The position numbers were made by a program, and so were the translations under genes. From positions 58,900,001-58,964,000 of the forward strand of contig OZ024741.1 of assembly GCA_964016885.1 (NCBI GenBank): DNA of 64,000 nt, read 5' to 3'. The stretch comes from Eledone cirrhosa (taxonomy: Eukaryota). Below are positions 1-13,599 of the stretch, piece by piece. How positions within the stretch are numbered: position 1 is the stretch's first letter; every line of letters starts with the position of its first letter. Below the pieces are notes generated by a model. It ran no database searches, was not told the DNA's origin, and worked only from the letters and a program-made list of their open reading frames with translations.

Positions 1-3000
1 GTGTCTTACCTTACAGGTGTGTATGTATATGACAAGACTAAGACTCTAATGCTACCTGTGTCTTACCTTACAGGTGTGTATGTATATGACAAGACTAAGA
101 CTCTAATGCTACTTGTGTCTTACCTTACAGGTGTGTATGTATATGACAAGACTAAGACTCTAATGCTACCTGTGTCTTACCTTACAGGTGTGTATGTATA
201 TGACAAGACTAAGACTCTAATGCTACCTGTGTCTTACCTTACAGGTGTGTATGTATATGACAAGACTAAGACTCTAATGCTACCTGTGTCTTACCTTACA
301 GGTGTGTATGTATATGACAAGACTAAGACTCTAATGCTACTTGTGTCTTACCTTACAGGTGTGTATGTATATGACAAGACTAAGACTCTAATGCTACCTG
401 TGTCTTACCTTACAGGTGTGTAGGTATATGACAAGACTAAGACTCTAATGCTACCTGTGTCTTACCTTACAGGTGTGTATGTATATGACAAGACTAAGAC
501 TCTAATGCTACCTGTGGCTTACCTTACAGGTGTGTATGTATATGACAAGACTAAGACTCTAATGCTACCTGTGTCTTACCTTACAGGTGTGTATGTATAT
601 GACAAGACTATGTCTCTAATGCTACCTGTGTCTTACCTTACAGGTGTGTATGTATATGACAAGACTGTGACTCTAATACTACCTGTGTCTTACCTTACAG
701 GTGTGTATGTATATGACAAGACTGTGACTCTAATGCTACCTGTGTCTTACCTTACAGGTGTGTATGTATATGACAAGACTAAGACTCTAATGCTACCTGT
801 GTCTTACCTTACAGGTGTGTATGTATATGACAAGACTAAGACTCTAATGCTACTTGTGTCTTACCTTACAGGTGTGTATGTATATGACAAGACTAAGACT
901 CTAATGCGACCTGTGTCTTACCTTACAGGTGTGTATGTATATGACAAGACTATGTCTCTAATGCTACCTGTGTCTTACCTTACAGGTGTGTATGTATATG
1001 ACAAGACTAAGTCTCTAATACTACCTGTGTCTTACCTTACAGGTGTGTATGTATATGACAAGACTGTGACTCTAATGCTACCTGTGTCTTACCTTACAGG
1101 TGTGTATGTATATGACAAGACTAAGACTCTAATGCTACCTGTGTCTTACCTTACAGGTGTGTATGTATATGACAAGACTAAGACTCTAATGCTACTTGTG
1201 TCTTACCTTACAGGTGTGTATGTATATGACAAGACTAAGACTCTAATGCTACCTGTGTCTTACCTTACAGGTGTGTATGTATATGACAAGACTATGTCTC
1301 TAATGCTACCTGTGTCTTACCTTACAGGTGTGTATGTATATGACAAGACTAAGTCTCTAATACTACCTGTGTCTTACCTTACAGGTGTGTATGTATATGA
1401 CAAGACTAAGACTCTAATGCTACCTGTGTCTTACCTTACAGGTGTGTATGTATATGACAAGACTAAGACTCTAATGCTACCTGTGTCTTACCTTACAGGT
1501 GTGTATGTATATGACAAGACTAAGACTCTAATGCTACCTGTGTCTTACCTTACAGGTGTGTATGTATATGAAAAGACTAAGACTCTAATGCTACCTGTGT
1601 CTTACCTTACAGGTGTGTATGTATATGACAAGACTATGTCTCTAATGCTACCTGTGTCTTACCTTACAGGTGTGTATATATATGACAAGACTAAGACTCT
1701 AATGCTACCTGTGTCTTACCTTACAGGTGTGTATGTATATGACAAGACTATGTCTCTAATGCTACCTGTGTCTTACCTTACAGGTGTGTATGTATATGAC
1801 AAGACTAAGTCTCTAATACTACCTGTGTCTTACCTTACAGGTGTGTATGTATATGACAAGACTAAGACTCTAATGCTACCTGTGTCTTACCTTACAGGTG
1901 TGTATGTATATGACAAGACTAAGACTCTAATGCTACCTGTGTCTTACCTTACAGGTGTGTATGTATATGACAAGACTATGTCTCTAATGCTACCTGTGTC
2001 TTACCTTACAGGTGTGTATATATATGACAAGACTAAGACTCTAATGCTACCTGTGTCTTACCTTACAGGTGTGTATGTATATGACAAGACTATGTCTCTA
2101 ATGCTACCTGTGTCTTACCTTACAGGTGTGTATGTATATGACAAGACTAAGTCTCTAATACTACCTGTGTCTTACCTTACAGGTGTGTATGTATATGACA
2201 AGACTAAGACTCTAATGCTACCTGTGTCTTACCTTACAGGTGTGTATGTATATGACAAGACTAAGACTCTAATGCTACCTGTGTCTTACCTTACAGGTGT
2301 GTATGTATATGACAAGACTAAGACTCTAATGCTACCTGTGTCTTACCTTACAGGTGTGTATGTATATGACAAGACTAAGACTCTAATGCTACCTGTGTCT
2401 TACCTTACAGGTGTGTATGTATATGACAAGACTAAGACTCTAATGCTACCTGTGTCTTACCTTACAGGTGTGTATATATATGACAAGACTAAGACTCTAA
2501 TGCTACCTGTGTCTTACCTTACAGGTGTGTATGTATATGACAAGACTAAGACTCTAATGCTACCTGTGTCTTACCTTACAGGTGTGTAGGTATATGACAA
2601 GACTAAGACTCTAATGCTACCTGTGTCTTACCTTACAGGTGTGTAGGTATATGACAAGACTAAGTCTCTAATGCTACCTGTGTCTTACCTTACAGGTGTG
2701 TATGTATATGACAAGACTAAGACTCTAATGCTACCTGTGTCTTACCTTACAGGTGTGTATGTATATGACAAGACTAAGACTCTAATGCTACTTGTGTCTT
2801 ACCTTACAGGTGTGTATGTATATGACAAGACTATGTCTCTAATGCTACCTGTGTCTTACCTTACAGGTGTGTATGTATATGACAAGACTAAGACTCTAAT
2901 GCTACCTGTGTCTTACCTTACAGGTGTGTATGTATATGACAAGACTAAGTCTCTAATGCTACCTGTGTCTTACCTTACAGGTGTGTATGTATATGACAAG

Positions 3001-6000
3001 ACTAAGACTCTAATGCTACCTGTGTCTTACCTTACAGGTCTGTATGTATATGACAAGACTAAGTCTCTAATGCTACCTGTGTCTTACCTTACAGGTGTGT
3101 ATGTATATGACAAGACTAAGACTCTAATGCTCTCTGTGTCTTATCTTACAGGTGTGTATGTATATGACAAGACTAAGACTCTAATGCTACCTGTGTCTTA
3201 CCTTACAGGTGTGTATGTATATGACAAGACTAAGACTCTAATGCTACCTGTGTCTTACCTTACAGGTGTGTATGTATATGACAAGACTAAGACTCTAATG
3301 CTACCTGTGTCTTACCTTACAGGTGTGTATGTATATGACAAGACTAAGACTCTAATGCTACCTGTGTCTTACCTTACAGGTGTGTATGTATATGACAACA
3401 CTAAGACTCTAATGCTACCTGTGTCTTACCTTACAGGTGTGTATGTATATGACAAGACTAAGACTCTAATGCTACCTGTGTCTTACCTTACAGGTGTGTA
3501 TGTATATGACAAGACTAAGACTCTAATGCTACTTGTGTCTTACCTTACAGGTGTGTATGTATATGACAAGACTAAGACTCTAATGCTACCTGTGTCTTAC
3601 CTTACAGGTGTGTATGTATATGACAAGACTATGTCTCTAATGCTACCTGTGTCTTACCTTACAGGTGTGTATGTATATGACAAGACTAAGTCTCTAATAC
3701 TACCTGTGTCTTACCTTACAGGTGTGTATGTATATGACAAGACTAAGACTCTAATGCTACCTGTGTCTTACCTTACAGGTGTGTATGTATATGACAAGAC
3801 TAAGACTCTAATGCTACCTGTGTCTTACCTTACAGGTGTGTATGTATATGACAAGACTAAGACTCTAATGCTACCTGTGTCTTACCTTACAGGTGTGTAT
3901 GTATATGACAAGACTAAGACTCTAATGCTACCTGTGTCTTACCTTACAGGTGTGTATGTATATGACAAGACTAAGACTCTAATGCTACCTGTGTCTTACC
4001 TTACAGGTGTGTATGTATATGACAAGACTAAGACTCTAATGCTACCTGTGTCTTACCTTACAGGTGTGTATGTATATAACAAGACTAAGTCTCTAATGCT
4101 ACCTGTGTCTTACCTTACAGGTGTGTATGTATATGACAAGAGTAAGACTCTAATACTACCTGTGTCTTACCTTACAGGTGTGTATGTATATGACAAGACT
4201 AAGTCTCTAATACTACCTGTGTCTTACCTTACAGGTGTGTAGGTATATGACAAGACTAAGTCTCTAATGCTACCTGTGTCTTACCTTACAGGTGTGTATG
4301 TATATGACAAGACTAAGACTCTAATACTACCTGTGTCTTACCTTACAGGTGTGTATGTATATGACAAGACTGTGACTCTAATACTACCTGTGTCTTACCT
4401 TACAGGTGTGTATGTATATGACAAGACTAAGACTCTAATGCTCTCTGTGTCTTACCTTACAGGTGTGTATGTATATGACAAGACTAAGACTCTAATGCTA
4501 CCTGTGTCTTACCTTACAGGTGTGTATGTATATGACAAGACTAAGACTCTAATGCTCTCTGTGTCTTACCTTACAGGTGTGTATGTATATGACAAGACTA
4601 AGACTCTAATGCTACCTGTGTCTTACCTTACAGGTGTCTATGTATATGACAAGACTAAGACTCTAATGCTACCTGTGTCTTACCTTACAGGTGTCTATGT
4701 ATATGACAAGACTAAGACTCTAATGCTACCTGTGTCTTACCTTACAGGTGTGTATGTATATGACAAGACTAAGACTCTAATGCTCTCTGTGTCTTACCTT
4801 ACAGGTGTGTATGTATATGACAAGACTAAGACTCTAATGCTACCTGTGTCTTACCTTACAGGTGTGTATGTATATGACAAGACTAAGACTCTAATGCTAC
4901 CTGTGTCTTACCTTACAGGTGTGTATGTATATGACAAGACTAAGACTCTAATGCTACCTGTGTCTTACCTTACAGGTGTGTATGTATATGACAAGACTAA
5001 GACTCTAATGCTACCTGTGTCTTACCTTACAGGTGTGTATGTATATGACAACACTAAGACTCTAATGCTACCTGTGTCTTACCTTACAGGTGTGTATGTA
5101 TATGACAACACTAAGACTCTAATGCTACCTGTGTCTTACCTTACAGGTGTGTATGTATATGACAACACTAAGACTCTAATGCTACCTGTGTCTTACCTTA
5201 CAGGTGTGTATGTATATGACAACACTAAGACTCTAATGCTACCTGTGTCTTACCTTACAGGTGTGTATGTATATGACAAGACTAAGACTCTAATGCTACC
5301 TGTGTCTTACCTTACAGGTGTGTATGTATATAACAAGACTAAGTCTCTAATGCTACCTGTGTCTTACCTTACAGGTGTGTATGTATATGACAAGAGTAAG
5401 ACTCTAATACTACCTGTGTCTTACCTTACAGGTGTGTATGTATATGACAAGACTAAGACTCTAATGCTCTCTCTGTCTTACCTTACAGGTGTGTATGTAT
5501 ATGACAAGACTAAGACTCTAATGCTACCTGTGTCTTACCTTACAGGTGTGTATGTATATAACAAGACTAAGTCTCTAATGCTACCTGTGTCTTATTTTAC
5601 AGGTGTGTATGTATATGACAAGACTAAGACTCTAATGCTACCTGTGTCTTACCTTACAGGTGTGTATGTATATGACAAGACTAAGTCTCTAATACTACCT
5701 GTGTCTTACCTTACAGGTGTGTAGGTATATGACAAGACTAAGTCTCTAATGCTACCTGTGTCTTACCTTACAGGTGTGTATGTATATGACAAGACTAAGA
5801 CTCTAATACTACCTGTGTCTTACCTTACAGGTGTGTATGTATATGACAAGACTGTGACTCTAATACTACCTGTGTCTTACCTTACAGGTGTGTATGTATA
5901 TGACAAGACTAAGACTCTAATGCTCTCTGTGTCTTACCTTACATGTGTGTATGTATATGACAAGACTAAGACTCTAATGCTACCTGTGTCTTACCTTACA

Positions 6001-7092
6001 GGTGTGTATGTATATGACAAGACTAAGACTCTAATGCTCTCTGTGTCTTACCTTACAGGTGTGTATGTATATGACAAGACTAAGACTCTAATGCTACCTG
6101 TGTCTTACCTTACAGGTGTCTATGTATATGACAAGACTAAGACTCTAATGCTACCTGTGTCTTACCTTACAGGTGTGTATGTATATGACAAGACTAAGAC
6201 TCTAATGCTACCTGTGTCTTACCTTACAGGTGTGTATGTATATGACAAGACTAAGACTCTAATGCTACCTGTGTCTTACCTTACAGGTGTGTATGTATAT
6301 GACAAGACTAAGACTCTAATGCTACCTGTGTCTTACCTTACAGGTGTGTATGTATATGACAAGACTGTGACTCTAATACTACCTGTGTCTTACCTTACAG
6401 GTGTGTATGTATATGACAAGACTGTGACTCTAATACTACCTGTGTCTTACCTTACAGGTGTGTATGTATATGACAAAACTGTGACTCTAATACTACCTGT
6501 GTCTTACCTTACAGGTGTGTATGTATATGACAAGACTGTGACTCTAATACTACCTGTGTCTTACCTTACAGGTGTGTATGTATATGACAAGACTGTGACT
6601 CTAATACTACCTGTGTCTTACCTTACAGGTGTGTATGTATATGACAAGACTGTGACTCTAATACTACCTGTGTCTTACCTTACAGGTGTGTATGTATATG
6701 ACAAGACTGTGACTCTAATACTACCTGTGTCTTACCTTACAGGTGTGTATGTATATGACAAGACTAAGACTCTAATGCTACCTGTGTCTTACCTTAGAGG
6801 TGTGTATGTATATGACAAGACTAAGACTCTAATGCTACTTGTGTCTTACCTTACAGGTGTGTATGTATATGACAAGACTGTGACTCTAATACTACCTGTG
6901 TCTTACCTTACAGGTGTGTATGTATATGACAAGACTAAGACTCTAATGCTACTTGTGTCTTACCTTACAGGTGTGTATGTATATGACAAGACTAAGACTC
7001 TAATGCTACCTGTGTCTTACCTTACAGGTGTGTATGTATATGACAAGACTAAGACTCTAATGCTACCTGTGTCTTACCTTACAGGTGTGTAT
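1..7092. repeat. 57-bp tandem minisatellite/satellite array (~124 units, continues past the left edge)
   Basis: Unit GTGTCTTACCTTACAGGTGTGTATGTATATGACAAGACTAAGACTCTAATGCTACCT repeats head-to-tail with a few recurrent substitutions and no visible indels. The 19-aa repeat ORFs result from the unit length being a multiple of 3. Confidence 0.99.
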
Positions 7093-7146
7093 GAATGTAT
7101 GTAGTGGGGGATTAGGCTATAATACTATCTGTAGTTTATCCTACAG

Positions 7147-7190
<44 letters not shown>

Positions 7191-7395
7191 TGTATATATA
7201 TGGTGTATATATACCTCTGGTGTAGTTTATAAGAGTATATATATATATATATATGGTTAATATATACCTGTGGTGTAGCTTACAAGAGTGTATATATGTA
7301 TGTATGTATATATGCTGTATATATACCTGTGGTGTAGTTTACAAGAGTGTATATATATATATGGTGTATATATACCTGTGGTGTAACTTACAAGA

Positions 7396-7435
<40 letters not shown>

Positions 7436-7466
7436 TGTATATATACCTGTGGTGTAGCTTACAAGA

Positions 7467-7512
<46 letters not shown>

Positions 7513-7650
7513 CGTCTATACATTTGTGGTTGACCTTACAGGTGTGTACATGGTGGGGGTTGACTCTAATGCTACCTGTGGTCTACCTTACAGGTGTGTA
7601 TGAATGTATGTGGTGGGGGCTCTATTGCTATCTGTAGTTTACCTTATGTG
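7093..7650. repeat. Degenerate edge monomers of the 57-bp array with (TA)n expansions
   Basis: Diverged units (GACTCTAATGCTACCTGTGGTCTACCTTACAGGTGTGTATG at ~7562) and ~5 copies of ATATACCTGTGGTGTAGCTTACAAGAGTG(TA)n at 7208-7510. Confidence 0.85.
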
Positions 7651-8196
7651 GTGAGGCTGCTAAGATGCGGCAGCATTTAAACTAAGGATACAAAGTAACT
7701 TGCTGCTACTACTAACATAACCTCTATCATAAGCACCACCATCTCTACTACTACTACCAACAACAACAACATCAAGAGCACAACAAAGTTAATGAGAGAT
7801 AGGTAGATAGATAGATTTCTTTATCTATAGATAGGTAGGTAGGTAAACAGGTAGATAGACGGAGAGAGTAAGAAAGATAGAGTAAGAAAGTGATGGACAG
7901 AGAAAGGAAGAGAAAGAGAAATTGAGAAAGAAAGCAAGAATAATAGGAAATAAAGAGATAGATAGGGAGATAGAGAGAACAATAAAAGAATAGAAAAGGG
8001 ATAGGAGAGAGAGATGGTGTGTAAATGAAGTTATCAGTTTTGTTGATCTTGAAAATGATATCAATTTTCACAGCAGTTTTTCAAAATGGAATTATCAGAA
8101 GCTCAGTTTGACTGGAGGGCTTGTAGATCAGTTCAGATTAAGAACTCCTTGTTGAAGTTCCTTCATATTAAATTGAAGCTCACATGCTAATAAAAC

Positions 8197-8197
<1 letters not shown>

Positions 8198-8248
<51 letters not shown>

Positions 8249-8305
8249 GATAGTGGCAGTAGTAGTGATAGTAGTAGTAGTAGTAGTAATTGTAGTAGTA
8301 GTAAT
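8198..8305. repeat. (AGT)n microsatellite, imperfect
   Basis: Read directly from the sequence. Confidence 0.95.
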
Positions 8306-8354
8306 TGTTATTGCTGTGCCCCTTGTTGTTGTTGGGCCTCTATTGGAACAGCTT

Positions 8355-8712
8355 TCTTAGGAAATGTATGTGCAAATGACTGAGCATTCCAAAAAGCTCC
8401 TTATATAAGTTACTTCTTATTATATTTATGCTCATAATGCAAGTTGGGTCTTTGTGGGTTCTGATCAACAGAACAGCCTGCTTGTGAAATTTATGTAGAA
8501 GTGGCTGAACATCCACAGGTGTGTGGGTTAGACCTCTATTGGTTCCAAGAATGAGTGTTCCAGTTGTTTGATCAATGGAACAACCTGCTCTTGAAATTAG
8601 CCTGCAAGTGGCTGAGAATTCTATAGATACATCTATCTTTAACATAGTTCTCAGGAAGATTCAGTGTAACACAAGCTGCAATAAAGCTGACCTTTTGAAT
8701 TACAGGTACAAT
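8355..8712. mobile_element. Fragments of an abundant SINE-associated interspersed repeat, partly inverted
   Basis: The block GTGCAAGTGGCTGAGCATTC...GTAGTTCTCAGGGAGATTCAG...AAGGCTGACCCTTTGAAT recurs at 9850-10160, 12200-12410, 59545-59620 (inverted) and 63370-63440. Confidence 0.65.
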
Positions 8713-8719
8713 TCGTCTA

Positions 8720-9404
8720 TCTCTCTCTATATAAAATTCTTTGTCTCTCTGTCTGTCTGTTCCTATGCATTGTCAAACAGCTCGACCAAATCAAATCAAA
8801 TTTTACCAGGTAATAGTATTAGACCCCAGGAGTGTCAACATGTAATATTTATTTTCCTTTGGATTAAAACAATATAACATTTTATCTAAAATAATATTTC
8901 AATAGCCAACTATTGTAAACCACCACCACAACCAATAAGTGACATTTTGTATGTGTCTGTGAGTGTGTGTGTGTTTGCGAGTTTGTTACCTTTGTTAGGC
9001 CTCAGAGAATTAAATACACACACACATCTACACATACATATAGCCTTAGTAATTTGCATACACATTATCTTCACACACAGACAATTAAACACACACACAC
9101 ACATCTACACATACAGATACATATGTGTTGACTGACAAGTAATAGATGTGCGTGAATATATGTCTGTGTGTGTCTGTCTTAGTATATGTATGTAAGTGTA
9201 TGTGAGAGTGTATGTGTGTGTGAGTGTATGTAAGAGTGTATGTATGTGTGAGTGTATGTGTGATAATTTTTATTTTCATTTGGATTAAAACAACAAGGCA
9301 ACAACATCAGATTTTGTATATGAATGTGTATGTGTCTGTGAGTGTGTGTGTGTGTGCTTGTGCATTTGTTAGCTACGTTATTAAATACAATCGCACACAC
9401 ATCT

Positions 9405-9463
<59 letters not shown>

Positions 9464-9840
9464 GCAACTGACAAAAAATGAGGTAAAAAGCTATGCGTGT
9501 GTCTGTATGAATGTATGTCTGTGTGTGTCTGTCTTAGTATATGTATGTGAGTGTATGTGTGTGTATGTGTGTATGTATATGTATGTGAGTGTGTAGCAAC
9601 AATTTATTCATTTGGACACCAACAAAAAATTATATAATGAATATTGTTTACCCTAAGGTGCTTCAGAATTGACAGAATTTCATTTCTAAATTCTATTATC
9701 ATTACAATTTTGATATTTTCTTTTATAAAACAGATATTTTGAAATAATTATGAGAAAAAAAAAACATATCTTCATATTTATTGTTTACTAATCTGAATAA
9801 GAACAGCAGTAACCCAGGCAACGCCGAGTGATTCAGCTAG
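8720..9840 (+). mobile_element. Non-autonomous Helitron-like element carrying internal microsatellite repeats
   Basis: 5' A|TCTCTCTCTATATAAAATTC; 3' imperfect GC hairpin CCCAGGCAACGCCGAG then CTAG|T at 9837-9841. Internal ~400-bp imperfect repeats begin TTTTATTTTC..TTGGATTAAAACAA (~8846, ~9268) and carry (TG)/(CA) runs. The 5' boundary is uncertain by a few bases. Confidence 0.65.
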
Positions 9841-9849
9841 TTAGAGTAT

Positions 9850-10160
9850 AAATGGCTGAGAGTTCCATAGAAATGCATACGCTCAATGAAGTTCTCAGGG
9901 AGATTCAGTGTGACGCAATATGTGATAAGTTACTGATACAGTACATCGTGTATTAAAATGCAGGTGACTGAGCATTCTATAGACACATGCATCCTTAATG
10001 TAGTTCTCAGGGAGATTCAGCACAACACAATGTGTGACAAGGCTGATCCTTTGAATAACAGGTATGACTCATTTTTTCCAGTTAAATGGAATGGAGCAAC
10101 ATGAAATAAAGTGTGTCGCTCACAGACACAAAATACTGCCGGGAGTTGAACTCACAAACC
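9850..10160 (-). mobile_element. Degenerate tRNA-derived SINE
   Basis: GGAGCAACATGAAATAAAGTGTGTCGCTCA...GTTGAACTCAC is the reverse complement of the SINE core and B box seen in intact copies at 25750 and 43133. Confidence 0.65.
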
Positions 10161-10215
10161 TAGTGAGTCTCCATCTAACTTAACCTCTGTATGTTTATTT
10201 TTTCAATTATATATA

Positions 10216-10590
10216 CCTTCTTCTTTGCCCACTTATTCCTGGAAGCGCCATGGGGTAGAGTCACCAAGCTCGCCTTCTAGTGGGTCCTGTCAGGAGCAAC
10301 TGTCTCCCATTAATTCGGCTGGATCCGCAAGTAAGACCATCTAAACTCAGGGATGTTATCCAACCATCTTGCTCATCGTCTACCATGAGTCTCCTGTTGG
10401 TCAGTTTTGCCTGTAAAATCTGTCCAGCAATTCTTTCCTTAGGCATTCTATCATTATATCAGAGCTGTGATCTCTCAATTCAGAGAGGTAGAAGCTCTAT
10501 GTGGAATGACTTCCTGATTTCCGAGCTGCACACTCTATCGAGTAACATTTCTCCAAAGACCCTTTGGAGGAACCTCATTTGGCCAATTTG
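10216..10590 (-). pseudogene. Old 3' fragment of a second RTE-clade LINE (Rex3/Expander-like C-terminus)
   Basis: Minus-strand translation QMRFLQRVFGEMLLDRVCSSEIRKSFHIELLPL*IERSQL...RMPKERIAGQIL matches the RTE C-terminal pattern EMRFLRR..G....DRVRS..IR......LL.IERSQLRWFGH..RMP, with stops and frameshifts. Confidence 0.75.
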
Positions 10591-10880
10591 TATATATCTT
10601 CTATATCTCAAATAAGATACAGAATTCATTTCTGGTACTTTAGGATTGCAGTCATCACTACAAAGCTTCAGCTTGTCAATCATTCCTAGACCTAGCAAAA
10701 TATTATTGGGAGCAGAGCTGGGAGTTGAATATTTATGAAAATGTTAATTTGATCCATACAAATCCTTTTTGTGAAGTTTAATGCTATTTAGTGTAAATCG
10801 ACTTTTAAAGTTATGTATATTGTTTTCTTGTTTTATTTTTGTTTCTCCTTACTTTTATATCTCCTTATTTTCATAGAAAA

Positions 10881-11140
10881 AAGGTGTGGTCATGTAAGTG
10901 TCACGACAAAAAGCCCCCAGCCCACACTGTAAAGTGGTCATATAGGAGACATGCCAAAAAGCACCCAGCACATACTGTAAATGTGGTTGACGTATGGAAG
11001 GGCATCCAGCCATAGAAATCTGGCCAGAGACAGTACTATATGAACAAGATATGGTCACCCAACCCAACTTGCTTCTAATGGGACAAAACTGTCTAACCCA
11101 TGCTAGCGTGGAAAATAGATATTAAATGATGATGATGATT
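10881..11140 (+). mobile_element. Solo RTE 3' UTR/tail with (GAT)n
   Basis: CCCAGCCCACACTGTAAAGTGG...GGAAGGGCATCCAGC...GTCTAACCCATGCTAGCGTGGAA...(GAT)n is homologous to 46546-46816. Confidence 0.85.
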
Positions 11141-11242
11141 ATATATCATCATTATCATCATCATTTAACGTCCATCTTCCACGCTTGCATGATATATATA
11201 TATAAAGAACGTATGTTTAGAAAATGACAAGCATAATTTAAT

Positions 11243-11449
11243 AATTAAATTAGAAGATGTTGGCGTAACTTTGAGTAAATAAAATAGTCTAATTATAACG
11301 TGGTGTATAAACTTACTGAACGGTGAAAGATGGGCATCAGCACCCATGGGTGCTGATGCCCATCTTTTTCAGTTCACTAAGTTTACACACCATGTTATCA
11401 TTAGACTATTTTATTTACTCAAAGTTACAGCAACATCTTCTAATTCAAT
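11243..11449. repeat. ~205-bp imperfect palindrome with no spacer, lying between TA runs
   Basis: Centre AAAGATGGGCATCAGCACCCA|TGGGTGCTGATGCCCATCTTT at 11346/11347; the arms pair for ~100 bp with scattered mismatches. Confidence 0.95.
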
Positions 11450-13599
11450 TTATATATATGTTTCCATTTCAGTTTTATTAGTTAATTCTTCTGCAATTGT
11501 TCTTGATTCTATATTGTGAATTCTTTATATTTCTCTATCAGATATATATCTGAAATCACTTTGATGGCTGCTAGCATGCTTCTATTTCTTCTAACAGATA
11601 TTGCAGTAAATTAGCTCCTATAATATCGATAGTTTCAATTATGTTAGTTTTCCACCAATATTTCAGAAATAGTTCATTTCCCAAGTTGAATCATAGTAGA
11701 TTTTCAATTTTTCCCCAGTTCCTAACTAGATATTGTAGCATCTCAAGACAACACAGTAGTTATTGAAAAACAACATTAGTATTCAGCCTTTGCAAATGAT
11801 TTTAAGTGTTTTGTATTTTGATTGTCAGATCAATCTGCAAGCTTGCGCAATAGTTTATGATCAGCCAGAAGTTTGTGTCCATAACTTAATATTCACCCGT
11901 CTGAAAATGATTTCCTTTCATGTTATAAATACAAATAACTAGTCAATGTTCTAATCTCCTCAGTTACTCTAAAGAGAATATCTTCATAATATTATTACTG
12001 TCTCTAAATTCTTTATAAAGATTGCAACATAAAATATATAAATGGTAGAGTTAGCTAAGATAATGATGGACAGGATTAAGCTGTTTTTTTGTTATTATAT
12101 TTTAAACAAAAGACACTGTTTATGTAATTAACCCTTTTGTTACCATGATGATGATTTCTCATGAAAGAGACTCTGTGATTTTCAAAATAATCAAGAATAT
12201 AATGTTGTTTGACATCCGTTGGTTACAATGTGTGTTTCAGTTGTTTGACCAACAGAACAAGTTCAACTGGTACAACTAGGGACCAACATGTCACGCATGT
12301 GTCTGCTCATGAAATTATTGTGCAAATGACTGAGCATTCCAAGATCACATGTACCCTTAATGTAGTTCTCAGAGTGATTTAACATGTGATGAGCCTAGTC
12401 CTTTGAATCCCACTGGCTATAGAGTTCAATGTTGGCTATGTAGTACAAAAGAGGACCAGTTTTAAGATCAAACGACCAGTGACTTGGCTGTTAATGTATC
12501 AGTTCAGTCTCCTACACACTCATGTCATGGCATTACAAATTTAGCTCAATTTTGTTTGTTTTATCAATATTGACTGTTGCCAAAATAGATATTCCTGTAT
12601 TCTTATGATTAGATTTTGATGAACCAAGTTGAAAGTAATTCTATCCCACTACTTAGGTCTTTGAGCAAGTGTCTTTTAACATGGTCCCAGGTTGAGCAAT
12701 ATTTAGTGACTTAAATTTGGTAGATGGAAACTGTGTGGAAGACTCTCCTATATCTATCTATTGGCTCCAATACTGGACTGGTACTTTATCAACTTTGAAA
12801 GGATGAAAGGTAAAGTTTACTTCAGCAGGATTTGAACTGGAACAAATGCACAAGAATTTTTATTTTGCACCCTAATGACTCTGCCAATTCACTTTATATA
12901 TAATCTGCTTATATCTGCCATGGAACATTCAAACATAATTTACATACACTATAAGCCTAACTTTAACCAATCTCTATTTTGCCCTTCATATCTTGCAAAA
13001 ATGATAAAAATTAGTACCAGGCCAAGTACTGGATTGACATTATAAATAAACGAAAAAAAAAAAAATAAAGAGGCCCTGCTCAAGAACTTAAAAATTTACT
13101 TAAATAAAATAAACAAAATCAGTCTGTTATGAAAAATTTATGAAAAACAAACAAGCTTGCAAATAAGAATAAAGGAATTTGAAATGAAAGGAAATTGGAA
13201 TGAAATATATTTAGAATGAATTAAATTTGGAATGAAATGAAGAGGTTGGAAAATAAAGAAAAGTGAATGTGAAATGACATGAAGTTGACTTTTAAAATAT
13301 GACTTAGAATTTATTAAATAATCGAATGTTGTTATGTTATGAGATAAATAATGGTGCAGAAGCAAATAGAAGAACATGACTTATTTTATCAACGAGAAAA
13401 TAGATAAAGATGTTGGGGGCAGGTCTATAAATTTTTACTGAAAATATAAATACAATCCAGAGAAAGAGAACATGACTTATTTTATCAATGTGTGTATTGC
13501 TGTTATTTTTGTTTCATATATTCTTTTGAGTAAATATATTGAAACTTCAGATGTTGGCTCTGATAACTTCATTTTCTATCATTTTTAATAATGATTTTT

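Noticed and set aside
1-7092. CRISPR array (also considered for 56527-56812 and 29618-30175)
   Set aside because: No unique spacers, no cas genes, and a eukaryotic TE context.
1-7104. Long 19-aa repeat ORFs as a protein gene
   Set aside because: They arise because 57 is divisible by 3 and one frame lacks stops; TAG variants recur and there is no unique N- or C-terminal domain.
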